From assembly GCA_024234855.1 (NCBI GenBank), contig JACKNN010000006.1:54708-118707 (forward strand): a DNA stretch of 64,000 bases, written 5' to 3'. Of the stretch, positions 8,720 to 19,155 are shown piece after piece. A model generated the notes under the pieces. It was not told the DNA's origin, did not search any database, and saw only the letters and a program-made list of their open reading frames with translations. The DNA is from Pseudomonadales bacterium. GTDB taxonomy: Bacteria > Pseudomonadota > Gammaproteobacteria > Pseudomonadales > Halieaceae. Each line of letters opens with the position of its first letter. Position 1 is the first letter of the stretch. A program made the translations under genes and the position numbers.

Positions 8720-11704
8720 CTATGCCTCGAAGGCGTCACCGTAACTGGCCCGCGGCAAGTGCAGGGTAATGCGCGTGCCCGGGTTGGGGCCGTTGTGCAG
8801 CGGGCTGGTCAGGCTCACGCTGCCCCCCATATCCTCCATAATGCTGAACACCAGCGCCAGGCCAAGACCGGTGCCGGCGCCCGGGTCCTTGGTCGTGAAA
8901 AAAGGCTCGAACACCTGGGCCTGCAGTTCCGGCGGGATGCCGCAGCCGCTGTCCTCGATATCGATCACCACCTCTTCGCCCTTGCAGCGCGCCAGTATGT
9001 CCACCTGGCCGAAGTCGTCACAGGCGTCCCGGGCATTGCCCAGCAGGTTGACAAAAACCTGCAGCAGTCGCTGGGTGTCCGCCAGTACCACCAGTTCCCG
9101 GTCGCAGCGATTATCAAAATGTACAGGCCTTGCCTCCCGGTCCAGCGCCAGCAGGTGAATCGTCTCGTCAACACAGTCTGCGAGATTGGACGGCGCCAGT
9201 GTCAGTTCGCCGGCGTTGGAGCCGGCGTGGGAGAAGTTCACCAGTGATTCCACGATCCGGCTGATGCGGTCGGTTTGTTTGAGGATGTCCAGCGCGGTAT
9301 AGCGGACCTCGTCAGGGTCGGTTTCAAACTCCAGGTTCTGGGCCAGGCAGGCGATGCCCGTAACCGGGTTGCCGATCTCGTGGGCGACCCCCGCCGCCAG
9401 GCGCCCGATGGAAGCCAGCCGCTCGTTGTGCAGTAACTCCTTTTCCAGCAGTTCGAAGCTGGTAATGTCTTCCACCAGTATCACGGTACCCGCTGGCTTG
9501 TCCCCCGAGCCTGTGTCGGCATCGGCTTTGTGGAGACTGATCCAGGTGGACTGGTCGCCGTTCCCGGCGACCTCGGTTTTCAGTTGGGTATCGCTGTCGC
9601 CCTGCAGGAAGCTGCCCATGATCTGGCGCCAGGGCTGCGGCAGGGAGTCCAGCCGGGAGCCGAGTATGTCTCGCGCGACGATGCCGGTGATCTGTTCCAT
9701 GCTGCGGTTCCACAACAGGATCTCGCCATCATCACCGATGGAGCACACGCCAATCGGCAGGTTGTTCAGGGTTTCGCGGTAGTGACGCCGCAGGTTGTCC
9801 AGGTCTGCGGTCAGGCCGGTAAAGCGGGTTTGTGCCCGGTCGAGTTTGCGTTCGATCAGGTGAAAATCCTCGGTACTGTCCTGCATCCCGGGTTGGAACG
9901 GAATGCAGCGCTCCATAATGCTGTAGGCCACCGCCGGACCCAGCAGGCCGGAAAGATTTGCCTCCAGGCGAGCCCGCAGCCGGCGCAGCGCATAGGGGCG
10001 GCTCTCCCCGGGAGAGAATTGCAGCTCCGCGAGAGCCCGGTTTACCTCGGCGCGGGCGGTCTTTTCCCCCAGGGCTGAGCTCAACTGGCGGCTGAATTCC
10101 TCGGCGCTCTGTAGCGAGAGCACCCTGCGGATGGGTCTGGACAGGTCGTCCATGGAGCAGATCTCGGCCGCCACTTTTTCCTCGGCACTGGCCGTTGTCA
10201 GCAGGGAGACCAGGACGAACAGGCCCGCATTCAGCACGAGTGAGAAGAGCATGCCATCCGCCCAGCGGTTGGCGCCGGCGGCGAGCATATTTTCCGGCAG
10301 CAGGCTCCACATCGGTGCCGGATAGTTGCCCGCCAGCGGCAGCAGCATCAAAAAGAACCAGACCGTCAGGCCGATCACGAGCCCGGCGATAAGACCCTTG
10401 CGATTGGCGGCCGGCCAATAGAGTGTGGCGATGATACCTGGCAGGAATTGCAGGGTGCCGGAGAAGGCGACCAGTCCCAGCTGGGTGAGGCTCTGGGAGC
10501 CGCTCAGGGTGATAAAAAAGGTATAGCCGGCCAGGATCAGTATTCCGATAAGCGTGCGACGCAGCCACTTGAGTTGGGTATAGATGTTCAATTCCCGATC
10601 AATCTGCAGTAACCGGGTAGGGAGAATCAGGTGGTTCAGGCACATGTTGGCCAGGGCCAGGGTGGTGACAATGATGGCCGCACTGGCGGCGGACAACCCC
10701 GCCACGAAGGCGGCCGCGCTGATGGCCGTGGAGCGGGCTGTCAATCCCAGGGCCAGGCCACTGTAGTCTATGGGTAAGGCGTGCCCCAATTTTATACCCG
10801 CCCAGGTGACCGGCAGGATTGGCAGGCTCAGCAGCAACAGGTACAACGGCAATCCCCAGGTGGCGGTGCGCAGGTCGCGGCTATCCGTATTCTCCGCGAA
10901 CACCATGTGGAATATATGGGGCATGCAAACGGCGCCTGCAAAAAATACCACCAGCAGTGTGCGCGCGGTATTGTCTCGCAGGGAGTGTTCCATGGCATTG
11001 CTCACCTGCGGGTTGTCCGCCAGCCAGCGCTCGACCTCGCCAAAACTGCCAAACACGCCGTAGACGGCGGCAAACAGCAGGATGAACATGGCGGCGAGCT
11101 TGACCAGCGATTCAAAGGCGATCGCTGTTACCAGCCCCGTATTGCGCTCCTGCGCAGACAGGTGGCGAGTGCCGAACAAAATGGAAAATACCGTGATAAT
11201 GATGCAAAACAACAGGGCCAGGCCGTTCTGCTGGCTCTCCCTGGAGAACAGATTATCGGCGTCCCCGGCCATGATCTGGATACTGTCCGCAACGGCCTGG
11301 ATCTGCAGGGCAAGCAGTGGCAGCAGAGTGAGGCACATGGCGACGGTGATGGCTGCCCCCACCCATGGACTGCGGAAGCGAAAGGTGAGGACATCGGCCA
11401 GCGAGGCCAACTGGTATACCCGGCACAGCCGCAACAGCGGTAACAGCAGCAGCGCCGCGAATACGAACATAAACACCACGCCGCCGTAATAGAGCAGGAA
11501 GTTGTACCCGTAGCGGTAGGCGAGGTCCATGACGCCATTGGTGGCCATGGCTCCGGCAAAGACCCCCAGCGACAGCACGTAGGTGGCCGGGTGCTTGCTG
11601 ATCCGCTCGGGGATGATACCCCGGTCGGCCAGGTAGGCCACGGCAAACAGGCCGCTGAGGTAGGCGACGATGAACAGCAGTAGCTGGGCGAGACTAAAGC
11701 TCAT
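8720..11704 (-). CDS. cbrA: Sensor histidine kinase CbrA (SSS/SLC5 transporter-like domain fused to PAS-HisKA-HATPase)
   Basis: About 500 aa of N-terminal multi-TM solute:sodium-symporter-like sequence, then a PAS region, the H-box AHEIGNPV, the N-box NLLGNARDA and the G-boxes DSGCGI / GTGLGL. The start was set at ATG 11704 (MSFSLAQ), giving 994 aa. Confidence 0.88.
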   Translation of the reverse strand: MSFSLAQLLLFIVAYLSGLFAVAYLADRGIIPERISKHPATYVLSLGVFAGAMATNGVMDLAYRYGYNFLLYYGGVVFMFVFAALLLLPLLRLCRVYQLASLADVLTFRFRSPWVGAAITVAMCLTLLPLLALQIQAVADSIQIMAGDADNLFSRESQQNGLALLFCIIITVFSILFGTRHLSAQERNTGLVTAIAFESLVKLAAMFILLFAAVYGVFGSFGEVERWLADNPQVSNAMEHSLRDNTARTLLVVFFAGAVCMPHIFHMVFAENTDSRDLRTATWGLPLYLLLLSLPILPVTWAGIKLGHALPIDYSGLALGLTARSTAISAAAFVAGLSAASAAIIVTTLALANMCLNHLILPTRLLQIDRELNIYTQLKWLRRTLIGILILAGYTFFITLSGSQSLTQLGLVAFSGTLQFLPGIIATLYWPAANRKGLIAGLVIGLTVWFFLMLLPLAGNYPAPMWSLLPENMLAAGANRWADGMLFSLVLNAGLFVLVSLLTTASAEEKVAAEICSMDDLSRPIRRVLSLQSAEEFSRQLSSALGEKTARAEVNRALAELQFSPGESRPYALRRLRARLEANLSGLLGPAVAYSIMERCIPFQPGMQDSTEDFHLIERKLDRAQTRFTGLTADLDNLRRHYRETLNNLPIGVCSIGDDGEILLWNRSMEQITGIVARDILGSRLDSLPQPWRQIMGSFLQGDSDTQLKTEVAGNGDQSTWISLHKADADTGSGDKPAGTVILVEDITSFELLEKELLHNERLASIGRLAAGVAHEIGNPVTGIACLAQNLEFETDPDEVRYTALDILKQTDRISRIVESLVNFSHAGSNAGELTLAPSNLADCVDETIHLLALDREARPVHFDNRCDRELVVLADTQRLLQVFVNLLGNARDACDDFGQVDILARCKGEEVVIDIEDSGCGIPPELQAQVFEPFFTTKDPGAGTGLGLALVFSIMEDMGGSVSLTSPLHNGPNPGTRITLHLPRASYGDAFEA

Positions 11705-11870
11705 CCGGGTATCTCGTCCGCTGGTTCCAGTAAGCGGCCACGACAATCAGCAACCACAACTGGTAGGGCCGGTGCCAGACGATGCCCTGATTGAATATCC
11801 ACTCGCCCATCGCCGGGGAGAAAACCAGGAATACGCCCACCGCCAGTAGTAGCGCTCGATTGATATACAT
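11694..11870 (-). CDS. cbrX: CbrX-like small hydrophobic protein, translationally coupled to cbrA
   Basis: Hand translation of the minus strand from ATG 11870 gives MYINRALLLAVGVFLVFSPAMGEWIFNQGIVWHRPYQLWLLIVVAAYWNQRTRYPDEL (58 aa, two hydrophobic segments). Its TAG (11694-11696) lies 8 nt inside cbrA (GGATGAGCTTTAG). It is below the 60-aa cut-off of the ORF track. Confidence 0.6.
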   Translation of the reverse strand: MYINRALLLAVGVFLVFSPAMGEWIFNQGIVWHRPYQLWLLIVVAAYWNQRTRYPDEL

Positions 11871-11935
11871 GTGGTTGACGTCCTGTGGTCTGTGCCGGCA
11901 ATCGATACTACTGAAGCCCCGCCGGGGGGTAAAGC

Positions 11936-12835
11936 TCAGGGCCGGTTCATGTCGGCGGCAATCGACAGGGCTGCCGGAATATTGGCGGGCAGCCAGTGGC
12001 GACTGGCGAAGTCGAGTATTGCCGCCGTGGCGGCCAGCGCTTCGGGCGGTGCCTGCTGGTGCAGGAAGGCCAACGCGGTCCGCAGGTTGGCGGAAGCCCG
12101 GCGGTCATCCAGCGCGGGGGCGTGGTTTTGCTTGCTGTATTTTTGCCCCGCACTATCGGTGATGACGGGTACATGGCTATAGCGAGGGGTGGGGTAGCCC
12201 AGCAGTTGTTGCAGGAACACCTGGCGCGCGGTGGAGTCAAGCAGATCGGAGCCGCGCACGATATGGTCAACTCCCTGCCAGGCATCGTCCACCACCACGG
12301 CCAGTTGGTAGGCGTGCAGCCCATCTTTTCGTTTTACCACAAAGTCAGGCACCGCCACTCCCAGCTTGCTCTCCACACAGCCCTGGATCCGGTCATTAAA
12401 CCTGATCAGGCAGTCCGGGGGTACCGCCACCCGGGTGGCGCTGGGTGCGGCCAGTTGCTGCTGGCGCCGCCTGCAGTCGCCGCGACAGCTTCCGTCCGGC
12501 CCCAGCAGTGCCCGGGTGCAGTCACAGCTAAACAGGTGACCACCGGCGGCCAGTACGGCCAGGGCGGCGGTGTAGGCGGGGCCGCGCTGGCTCTGGTACA
12601 GGACGGGCTCGTCCCAGTGCAGGCCGTGGTGGCGCAGGCTTGCAAGGATGAGGTCGGCGGCGCCTTTTTCTTCGCGGGGGGGGTCCAGGTCCTCCATCCG
12701 CACCAGCCAGGTGCCGCCGTTATGGCGTGCGTCCAGGTAACTGGCCAGGGCGGCTATCAGCGAGCCGAGGTGGAGCGGGCCTGTAGGGGAGGGGGCAAAA
12801 CGCCCGCGGTAGCGCGGGCTGGAATCGGCGTGCAC
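11936..12835 (-). CDS. gluQ: Glutamyl-Q tRNA(Asp) synthetase
   Basis: 299 aa truncated GluRS paralogue. RFAPSPTGPLHLGS is a HIGH-like motif and the protein has no anticodon-binding domain. It lies immediately downstream of dksA, the conserved dksA-gluQ pair. Confidence 0.88.
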   Translation of the reverse strand: MHADSSPRYRGRFAPSPTGPLHLGSLIAALASYLDARHNGGTWLVRMEDLDPPREEKGAADLILASLRHHGLHWDEPVLYQSQRGPAYTAALAVLAAGGHLFSCDCTRALLGPDGSCRGDCRRRQQQLAAPSATRVAVPPDCLIRFNDRIQGCVESKLGVAVPDFVVKRKDGLHAYQLAVVVDDAWQGVDHIVRGSDLLDSTARQVFLQQLLGYPTPRYSHVPVITDSAGQKYSKQNHAPALDDRRASANLRTALAFLHQQAPPEALAATAAILDFASRHWLPANIPAALSIAADMNRP

Positions 12836-12849
12836 GCACTCGCTCGGGT

Positions 12850-13293
12850 TTAGCCCAGCTCCTGCTTTTCCTTGATTTCAGCAAGGGTCTTGCAATCGAT
12901 GCAGAGGCTGGCGGTGGGCCGGGCCTCGAGGCGCTGGATGCCTATTTCCACACCGCAGGCGTCACAGAAGCCGTAGTCGTCCTGCTCGATCCGCTCAACG
13001 GTCGAGTCTATCTTCTTGATCAGCTTGCGCTCGCGATCGCGGGTGCGCAGTTCCAGGCTGAACTCCTCTTCCTGGGTGGCGCGGTCTGCCGGATCCGGAA
13101 AGTTGGCGGCCTCGTCCTTCATATGGCTCACGGTGCGATCAACTTCCTGCATCAGCTCCGCTTTCCAGTTCAACAGGATGGTCTTGAAGTGTTCGCGCTG
13201 TTTTTCGCTCATATACACTTCGCCCCGCTTCGGTTTGTAGGGCTGGAAGTTTTTGAATTCAGTCGAAGTTGCTTTTTTGACGGCTTTAGGCAT
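12850..13293 (-). CDS. dksA: RNA polymerase-binding transcription factor DksA
   Basis: Coiled-coil region with the acidic tip [11 protein letters not shown], and a C4 zinc finger CDACGVEIG...CIDC. The start was set at ATG 13293 (MPKAVKK), giving 147 aa. Confidence 0.93.
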   Translation of the reverse strand: MPKAVKKATSTEFKNFQPYKPKRGEVYMSEKQREHFKTILLNWKAELMQEVDRTVSHMKDEAANFPDPADRATQEEEFSLELRTRDRERKLIKKIDSTVERIEQDDYGFCDACGVEIGIQRLEARPTASLCIDCKTLAEIKEKQELG

Positions 13294-13508
13294 GGTTATT
13301 TTCCCATACTGCAAAGGTAACAAGACGAGAGTCACGGCTTTCGGGCCCGTGCCTGCGAGGGCGGCCCAAATCCAAGGGCGGAGAAACTACCAGATAACCG
13401 GCGGCGGTTCCACTTTTTCCTTGGAGTTTTTCCGGGGCGGGCAACGCGCGCCGATTTGTTAGAATACGCCTTTTGTCAGCGGGCGCCGCATCCGGCGCGA
13501 GGGAGCAG

Positions 13509-14225
13509 ATGCAATTCGAAGGACTGGTGCGGGGGCGTCTGCTGCACCGCTATAAACGTTTCCTGGCGGATGTCGAGATGCCCGGCGGCGAGGTCATTAC
13601 CGTCCACTGTCCCAACACCGGGGCGATGACCGGCTGCGCCCAGCCGGGGGCGCCGGTATGGTTATCCCACAGTCCGGTAAAAACCCGGAAGTACCCGCAT
13701 ACCTGGGAACTGGTGGAGACTGCCAGCGGCCTGGCCTGTATTCACTCGGCCAGGGCTAACCAGGTGGTGCGGGAGGCCTTTGAGGCCGGCCGGATTGCCG
13801 GATTTGAGGGCTATGGCGAGGTCCATACGGAGGTTAAATACGGTCAGGGCAGTCGGGCGGACCTGCTGTTGCGGGGAGCCCCTGGCAGGGTTTATGTCGA
13901 GGTGAAGTCGGTCACGCTGTGCCGGGCCGGCGGGCAGGGGGCCTTTCCCGATGCAGTGAGTGAGCGCGGGCGCAAGCACCTGCGCGAGTTACAGTCAGTA
14001 CTGGCGGGCGATACCAGGGCGCTGCTGTTTTTCTGTGTATTCCATACCGGCATACGCGCCGTCTGCGCGGCGGGTGATATCGATCCCCGGTACCGGGATG
14101 CGCTGGCCGAGGCTATGGCCGCCGGCATCGAGATCAGGGCCTGGGCAGCCGATATCGATACTGCGGGTATCAGCCTGGCCGGGGAGCTGCCTTTCTCGCT
14201 CGATCCCCCCGGTCAATCGAGGTAG
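13509..14225 (+). CDS. sfsA: Sugar fermentation stimulation protein SfsA
   Basis: MQFEGLVRGRLLHRYKRFLADV...HCPNTG is the characteristic SfsA N-terminus. It is divergent from dksA, as in many gammaproteobacteria. The start was set at ATG 13509. Confidence 0.88.
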   Translation: MQFEGLVRGRLLHRYKRFLADVEMPGGEVITVHCPNTGAMTGCAQPGAPVWLSHSPVKTRKYPHTWELVETASGLACIHSARANQVVREAFEAGRIAGFEGYGEVHTEVKYGQGSRADLLLRGAPGRVYVEVKSVTLCRAGGQGAFPDAVSERGRKHLRELQSVLAGDTRALLFFCVFHTGIRAVCAAGDIDPRYRDALAEAMAAGIEIRAWAADIDTAGISLAGELPFSLDPPGQSR

Positions 14226-14527
14226 ACATCGCCGTTACTCAGGGTGAAGGCAACGGGTGTGAGGCGCTCGCCCTGGCAGGGGCCGCCGACGCACTCGCCG
14301 GTGTCGGCAACAAAAACCGCGGCGTGGCGCTGGCAATGGAGCAGCAGCCCGTCGGGGCTGGCCACCGACCCGCCGGTGGGGTCGAGCGACTCGCGGGTGT
14401 GAGGGCAGCTGTTCTGGTACACAAAGATGTCGCCGCCACGCCGCAGCACCAGCAGCCTGAGCGATCCGACGACAATACCGGTGGCAGTGCAATCCGCGAA
14501 GTCCTCGATGTTGCCGATCAGGCTCAT
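14213..14527 (-). CDS. Small Rieske [2Fe-2S] domain protein
   Basis: CPH (CPHTRESLD) and CxxH (CQRHAAVF) ligand boxes at Rieske spacing. The start was chosen at MSLIGNIEDF, giving 104 aa. Its 3' end overlaps the sfsA 3' end by 13 bp (convergent). Confidence 0.7.
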   Translation of the reverse strand: MSLIGNIEDFADCTATGIVVGSLRLLVLRRGGDIFVYQNSCPHTRESLDPTGGSVASPDGLLLHCQRHAAVFVADTGECVGGPCQGERLTPVAFTLSNGDVYLD

Positions 14528-14580
14528 GCCTTGTTGCCGTCCCCGTGTCCGCGCTAGGATGATCGCCGCCGGGCACCATT

Positions 14581-15375
14581 GTGCCTGTTTCGGTGCTGCG
14601 GGCATATCAGCCGTCACCCACACCCCCCCCGGAGGAATCTGTATTGGCGCCAGAGCTTAACCCACGGCAGTTGACCGGTCGCGAGGAATCCCACCTGGTG
14701 GCGCTGCCCTCGGGTCACCGGCTGCAGGCGCAGGCCGCGGCAGCTTTCCAGGCCTTGCAGGATGACGCGCGGTCGGCGGGGTTTGACCTGGCCATCGCCA
14801 GCAGCTTTCGCTCCTATAGCCGCCAGTTGGCTATCTGGAACGGCAAGGCCCGCGGCGAGCGCAAAGTGCATGATGATGCCGGCCGCGAAGTGCTCGTCAG
14901 TGCGCTGCCCGGTCCCCAGCGGTTGCGCGCGATTCTCCGCTACTCCGCCATACCGGGCACCTCGCGCCATCACTGGGGCACCGACCTGGATGTGTACGAT
15001 GCGGCGGCGTTGCCCGCCGATTACCGGCTGGAGTTGTCGCCTGCGGAGGTGGCGCCCGGCGGCCTGTTCGACTCCCTGCATCGGTGGCTTGATGAGCGGA
15101 TGGCGGCCGGTGAGTCCTGCGGATTCTATCGGCCTTATGCGCTGGACCGCGGTGGCGTCGCGCCGGAGCGGTGGCACCTCAGTTACGCCCCCTTGTCGGT
15201 GGCCTGCGCATCCCGGGTGACGGCACGGTTGTTGATGGATTGCTGGGGCGACTGCCCCGCGGGGGAGGAGCCGGTGTTGCTGGCGGAGGAAATAAGAGCG
15301 TTCCTGCCGCAGCTGATGGCAAATTACCTGGCTGTGGGGGTCGATTGGTGTCCGGCGCCCGCGCGCTTTGCCTGA
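14581..15375 (+). CDS. M15-family (VanY/LD-carboxypeptidase-like) zinc peptidase
   Basis: SSFRSYSRQ, GTSRHHWGTDLDV (SxHxxGxxxD) and ERWHLSY motifs of D-Ala-D-Ala carboxypeptidase-like M15 enzymes. The GTG start is uncertain. Confidence 0.75.
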   Translation: MPVSVLRAYQPSPTPPPEESVLAPELNPRQLTGREESHLVALPSGHRLQAQAAAAFQALQDDARSAGFDLAIASSFRSYSRQLAIWNGKARGERKVHDDAGREVLVSALPGPQRLRAILRYSAIPGTSRHHWGTDLDVYDAAALPADYRLELSPAEVAPGGLFDSLHRWLDERMAAGESCGFYRPYALDRGGVAPERWHLSYAPLSVACASRVTARLLMDCWGDCPAGEEPVLLAEEIRAFLPQLMANYLAVGVDWCPAPARFA

Positions 15376-15469
15376 TTCGAGAGCCGGGGGTGGCCGCCCT
15401 GATATATAGGCCCGGTTGCGGCCGCTGGCCGACCGGGTCGGCCAGCGGGCGTTTACTGGCGGCGTTTGA

Positions 15470-16108
<639 letters not shown>

Positions 16109-16304
16109 ACCAATGCCTTTTGATGGGTTCACAGGGAAGGCGCGCATTGTACAGACTGTGGCCGCTGAAATCTTGCCAGATTGTGGCAAATATTTCCGCT
16201 GTCCCGGCCGGAGCCTATAGCGCGAGCGAATAATGGCCAGCCCTTGCAGCGCCCCGGAATCGACAGATGCAACCGGGTGTGAAGGGGCTATCACAGGGTT
16301 ACCC

Positions 16305-17573
16305 TTAACGCGGTACCCGGAAACGCTTTTTCAGTTTCCGCGGCACCGGGGTGTTTTTCAGTCGCACATAGACAGGCATGCCATGGCGATAGTCCGGGTA
16401 GGCCTCGCCGGCGATCAGCGGCGACAGGTAAGCCAGGGCCTCGGGGGTGATGCCAAAACCGTCGCGGGTGATGTAATTGCGCGGCATTTTCTTTTCCCGG
16501 TTGGCGACATCCTCCAGCCGTGCCTCGCCGATGGACCAGCGATAACGCTTGCCCGGGCCGCGCACGATACAGGGCATGACGGCGTTGTCGCCCCGCAGGG
16601 CAAACTCCACCGCCGCTTCGCCGAGGGCGTAGGCCTGGTCCACGTCGGTCTGGGAGGCGATGTGGCGAGCGGAGCGCTGCAGGTAGTCGGCCACGGCCCA
16701 GTGATACTTGTAACCCAGCTCATCTTTCACCATGGCCGCGAGATAGGGCGCGAGCCCGCCCAGCTGGCTGTGGCCAAAGGCGTCTTTCAGCCCGGATTCG
16801 GCGAGAAAACGGCCATCCCTGTACTGGGCGCCCTCCGAGGCCACGATCACGCAGTAGCCGCGCTGTTTTACCGTGCGTTTCACACGGGCCAGGAATTTGT
16901 CCCGGTCGAAGGCGATTTCCGGGAACAGGATGATATGGGGCGCATCCCCTTCTTTCTCGGCGGCCAGTCCCGCCGCCGCGGCAATCCAGCCCGCGTGGCG
17001 GCCCATGACTTCCAGGATGAACACCTTGGTGGAGGTTTCGCACATGGAGGCGACGTCCAAGGCGGCCTCGCGGGTGGAAATAGCGACATATTTCGCCACC
17101 GACCCGAAGCCGGGGCAGTTATCGGTGAGCGGCAGGTCGTTGTCGATGGTCTTGGGCACATGGATGGCCTGCAGCGGATAGCCCATCGTCGCACTCAGTT
17201 GCGAGACTTTGAGGCAGGTATCGGCTGAGTCGCCGCCGCCGTTGTAAAAGAAATAGCCGATCTTATGGGCACTGAATACCTCGATCAGCCGCTCGTATTC
17301 GGCCCGGTTCTGTTCCAGGCTTTTCAGTTTGTGGCGGCAGGAGCCGAAGGCGCCGGAGGGGGTGGTCAGCAGCCCGCGAATGGCGGCGCCGCTCTCCTTG
17401 CTGGTGTCGATCAGGTCTTCGGTCAACGCACCTATGATGCCGTTGCGCCCGGCGTAGACCTTGCCGATCCGGTCCTTGTGCTTCCTGGCGGTTTCGATGA
17501 CGCCGCAGGCGGAGGCATTGATGACCGCGGTGACGCCACCGGACTGGGCGTAAAAGGCATTTTTCTTCGACAT
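16305..17573 (-). CDS. 6-phosphofructokinase, Xanthomonas/methanotroph type (probably PPi-dependent)
   Basis: N-terminus YAQSGGVTAVINASA, plus PKTIDNDL and MGRHAGWIA, which are PFK family motifs. About 420 aa, like the PPi-dependent Xanthomonas enzyme. The phosphoryl donor is inferred from family resemblance only. Confidence 0.8.
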   Translation of the reverse strand: MSKKNAFYAQSGGVTAVINASACGVIETARKHKDRIGKVYAGRNGIIGALTEDLIDTSKESGAAIRGLLTTPSGAFGSCRHKLKSLEQNRAEYERLIEVFSAHKIGYFFYNGGGDSADTCLKVSQLSATMGYPLQAIHVPKTIDNDLPLTDNCPGFGSVAKYVAISTREAALDVASMCETSTKVFILEVMGRHAGWIAAAAGLAAEKEGDAPHIILFPEIAFDRDKFLARVKRTVKQRGYCVIVASEGAQYRDGRFLAESGLKDAFGHSQLGGLAPYLAAMVKDELGYKYHWAVADYLQRSARHIASQTDVDQAYALGEAAVEFALRGDNAVMPCIVRGPGKRYRWSIGEARLEDVANREKKMPRNYITRDGFGITPEALAYLSPLIAGEAYPDYRHGMPVYVRLKNTPVPRKLKKRFRVPR

Positions 17574-17772
17574 CGGCGCTGGTTCCTCGGTCACAGGCCA
17601 CATCCATGGCCTGCTGGTTGGCCATGGATTTGATCCGCTGGGTTCAGGCAGGTCGCCATAATACGAAACTTGGCGGCTTTTGTAGACCTTCCGCCGGCTT
17701 TTATCCGTGCCCGTACCTGTGGCGGCGACCGCCCGCGTGCTACCATTGCCCGCTTTATTTGAGGAGGTCTGG

Positions 17773-19155
17773 TTGAAAGGGCATATTCATATCCTGGGCA
17801 TCTGCGGGACGTTCATGGGGGGCATCGCCCTGTTGGCCAGGGAGAGGGGCTACCGGGTGACCGGCTCGGATACCGCCGTGTACCCACCCATGAGCACCCA
17901 GCTGCGTGCTGCCGGCATCGACCTGATGGAGGGCTACCTGCCGGAGCACCTGCATGAGCGCCCCGATTGCGTGGTCGTTGGCAACGCGATGACCCGGGGT
18001 AACCCCGCGGTGGAGTATATGCTCAACCACGGCCTGCCCTACACCTCCGGCCCCCAGTGGCTGGCGGAGAATATCCTGCGGGACAAGTGGGTGTTGGCGG
18101 TCGCCGGCACCCACGGTAAAACCACCACCAGCAGCCTGCTGGCCTGGATACTGGACTATGCCGGGATGGCGCCGGGCTTCCTGATCGGCGGCGTGCCGGC
18201 GAATTTCGGCCTTTCAGCGCGCAGTGGCGGTTCCGATTTTTTTGTGGTCGAGGCCGATGAATACGACACCGCCTTCTTCGACAAGCGCTCCAAGTTCGTG
18301 CACTACCGGCCGCGCACCCTGGCCATCAACAACCTGGAGTTTGACCACGCCGATATCTTCGACGACCTCAAGGCCATCCAGCGACAGTTCCATCACCTGC
18401 TGCGCTGTGTGCCCGGCCAGGGCCTTGTCGTCCATCCCCGGGGTGTGGCGGCCATCGACCAGACCCTGGCGATGGGTTGCTGGACACCGCTCACTTCTTT
18501 TGGGGTGGGCGTTGATTGCGGCGCCGACTGGCGTGCCCAGTTACTGGCGGCGGACGGCACGACCTTCCGCCTGCTCCGCGACGGGGAACAGCCGCTGGAC
18601 ATCAACTGGTCCCAGTGCGGGCTCCACAACGTGGAAAACGCCCTGACGGCCTTGGCCGCCGCCCGTCATGTGGGCGTGACGCCGGAGGTGGCCGCGGCCG
18701 CGCTGGCCGGGTTCGGTGGTGTAAAGCGTCGGCTGGAGCTGCTGGGCCGGGTGCGGGATATCGCCGTGTACGATGATTTTGCCCACCATCCCACCGCGAT
18801 CGCGACCACCCTGCAGGGCCTTCGGGCCCGCACCGGCAGCGGCCGCCTTATCGCCCTGGTTGAACCGCGTTCCAATACCATGCGTATGGGTGAGCACCGG
18901 GAGCAACTGGCGGCCGCTACCGCCAGCGCCGACCTGGTGTACTGGTTCCAGCCGCCCGGGATGAACTGGTCGCTGGAGAGCGTGGTCGAACACAGCGCGG
19001 CGCCGGCGCAGCTGGCGGACAATATCGATGAACTGGTGCAGACAGTCGCAAGCGCGGCCAGGCCCGGTGACCAGATAGTGATAATGAGTAACGGCAGCTT
19101 TGCTGGCATACACCAGAAGTTGCTGGATGAACTGACGAAGGCGGATACGCAATGA
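17773..19155 (+). CDS. mpl: UDP-N-acetylmuramate:L-alanyl-gamma-D-glutamyl-meso-DAP ligase (murein peptide ligase)
   Basis: HILGICGTFMGG, AGTHGKTTT and DEYDTAFFDKRSKF are Mur ligase/Mpl motifs. The start is proposed at TTG 17773, preceded by GAGGAGG, giving 460 aa. The track ORF starts at 17707. Confidence 0.88.
   Translation: MKGHIHILGICGTFMGGIALLARERGYRVTGSDTAVYPPMSTQLRAAGIDLMEGYLPEHLHERPDCVVVGNAMTRGNPAVEYMLNHGLPYTSGPQWLAENILRDKWVLAVAGTHGKTTTSSLLAWILDYAGMAPGFLIGGVPANFGLSARSGGSDFFVVEADEYDTAFFDKRSKFVHYRPRTLAINNLEFDHADIFDDLKAIQRQFHHLLRCVPGQGLVVHPRGVAAIDQTLAMGCWTPLTSFGVGVDCGADWRAQLLAADGTTFRLLRDGEQPLDINWSQCGLHNVENALTALAAARHVGVTPEVAAAALAGFGGVKRRLELLGRVRDIAVYDDFAHHPTAIATTLQGLRARTGSGRLIALVEPRSNTMRMGEHREQLAAATASADLVYWFQPPGMNWSLESVVEHSAAPAQLADNIDELVQTVASAARPGDQIVIMSNGSFAGIHQKLLDELTKADTQ

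Noticed and set aside
11701-11901. 66-aa minus-strand ORF upstream of cbrA
   Set aside because: It is Gly/Arg/Pro-rich and not hydrophobic. A different frame in the same stretch gives a 58-aa two-helix peptide whose stop overlaps the cbrA start. That cbrX-like frame is preferred.
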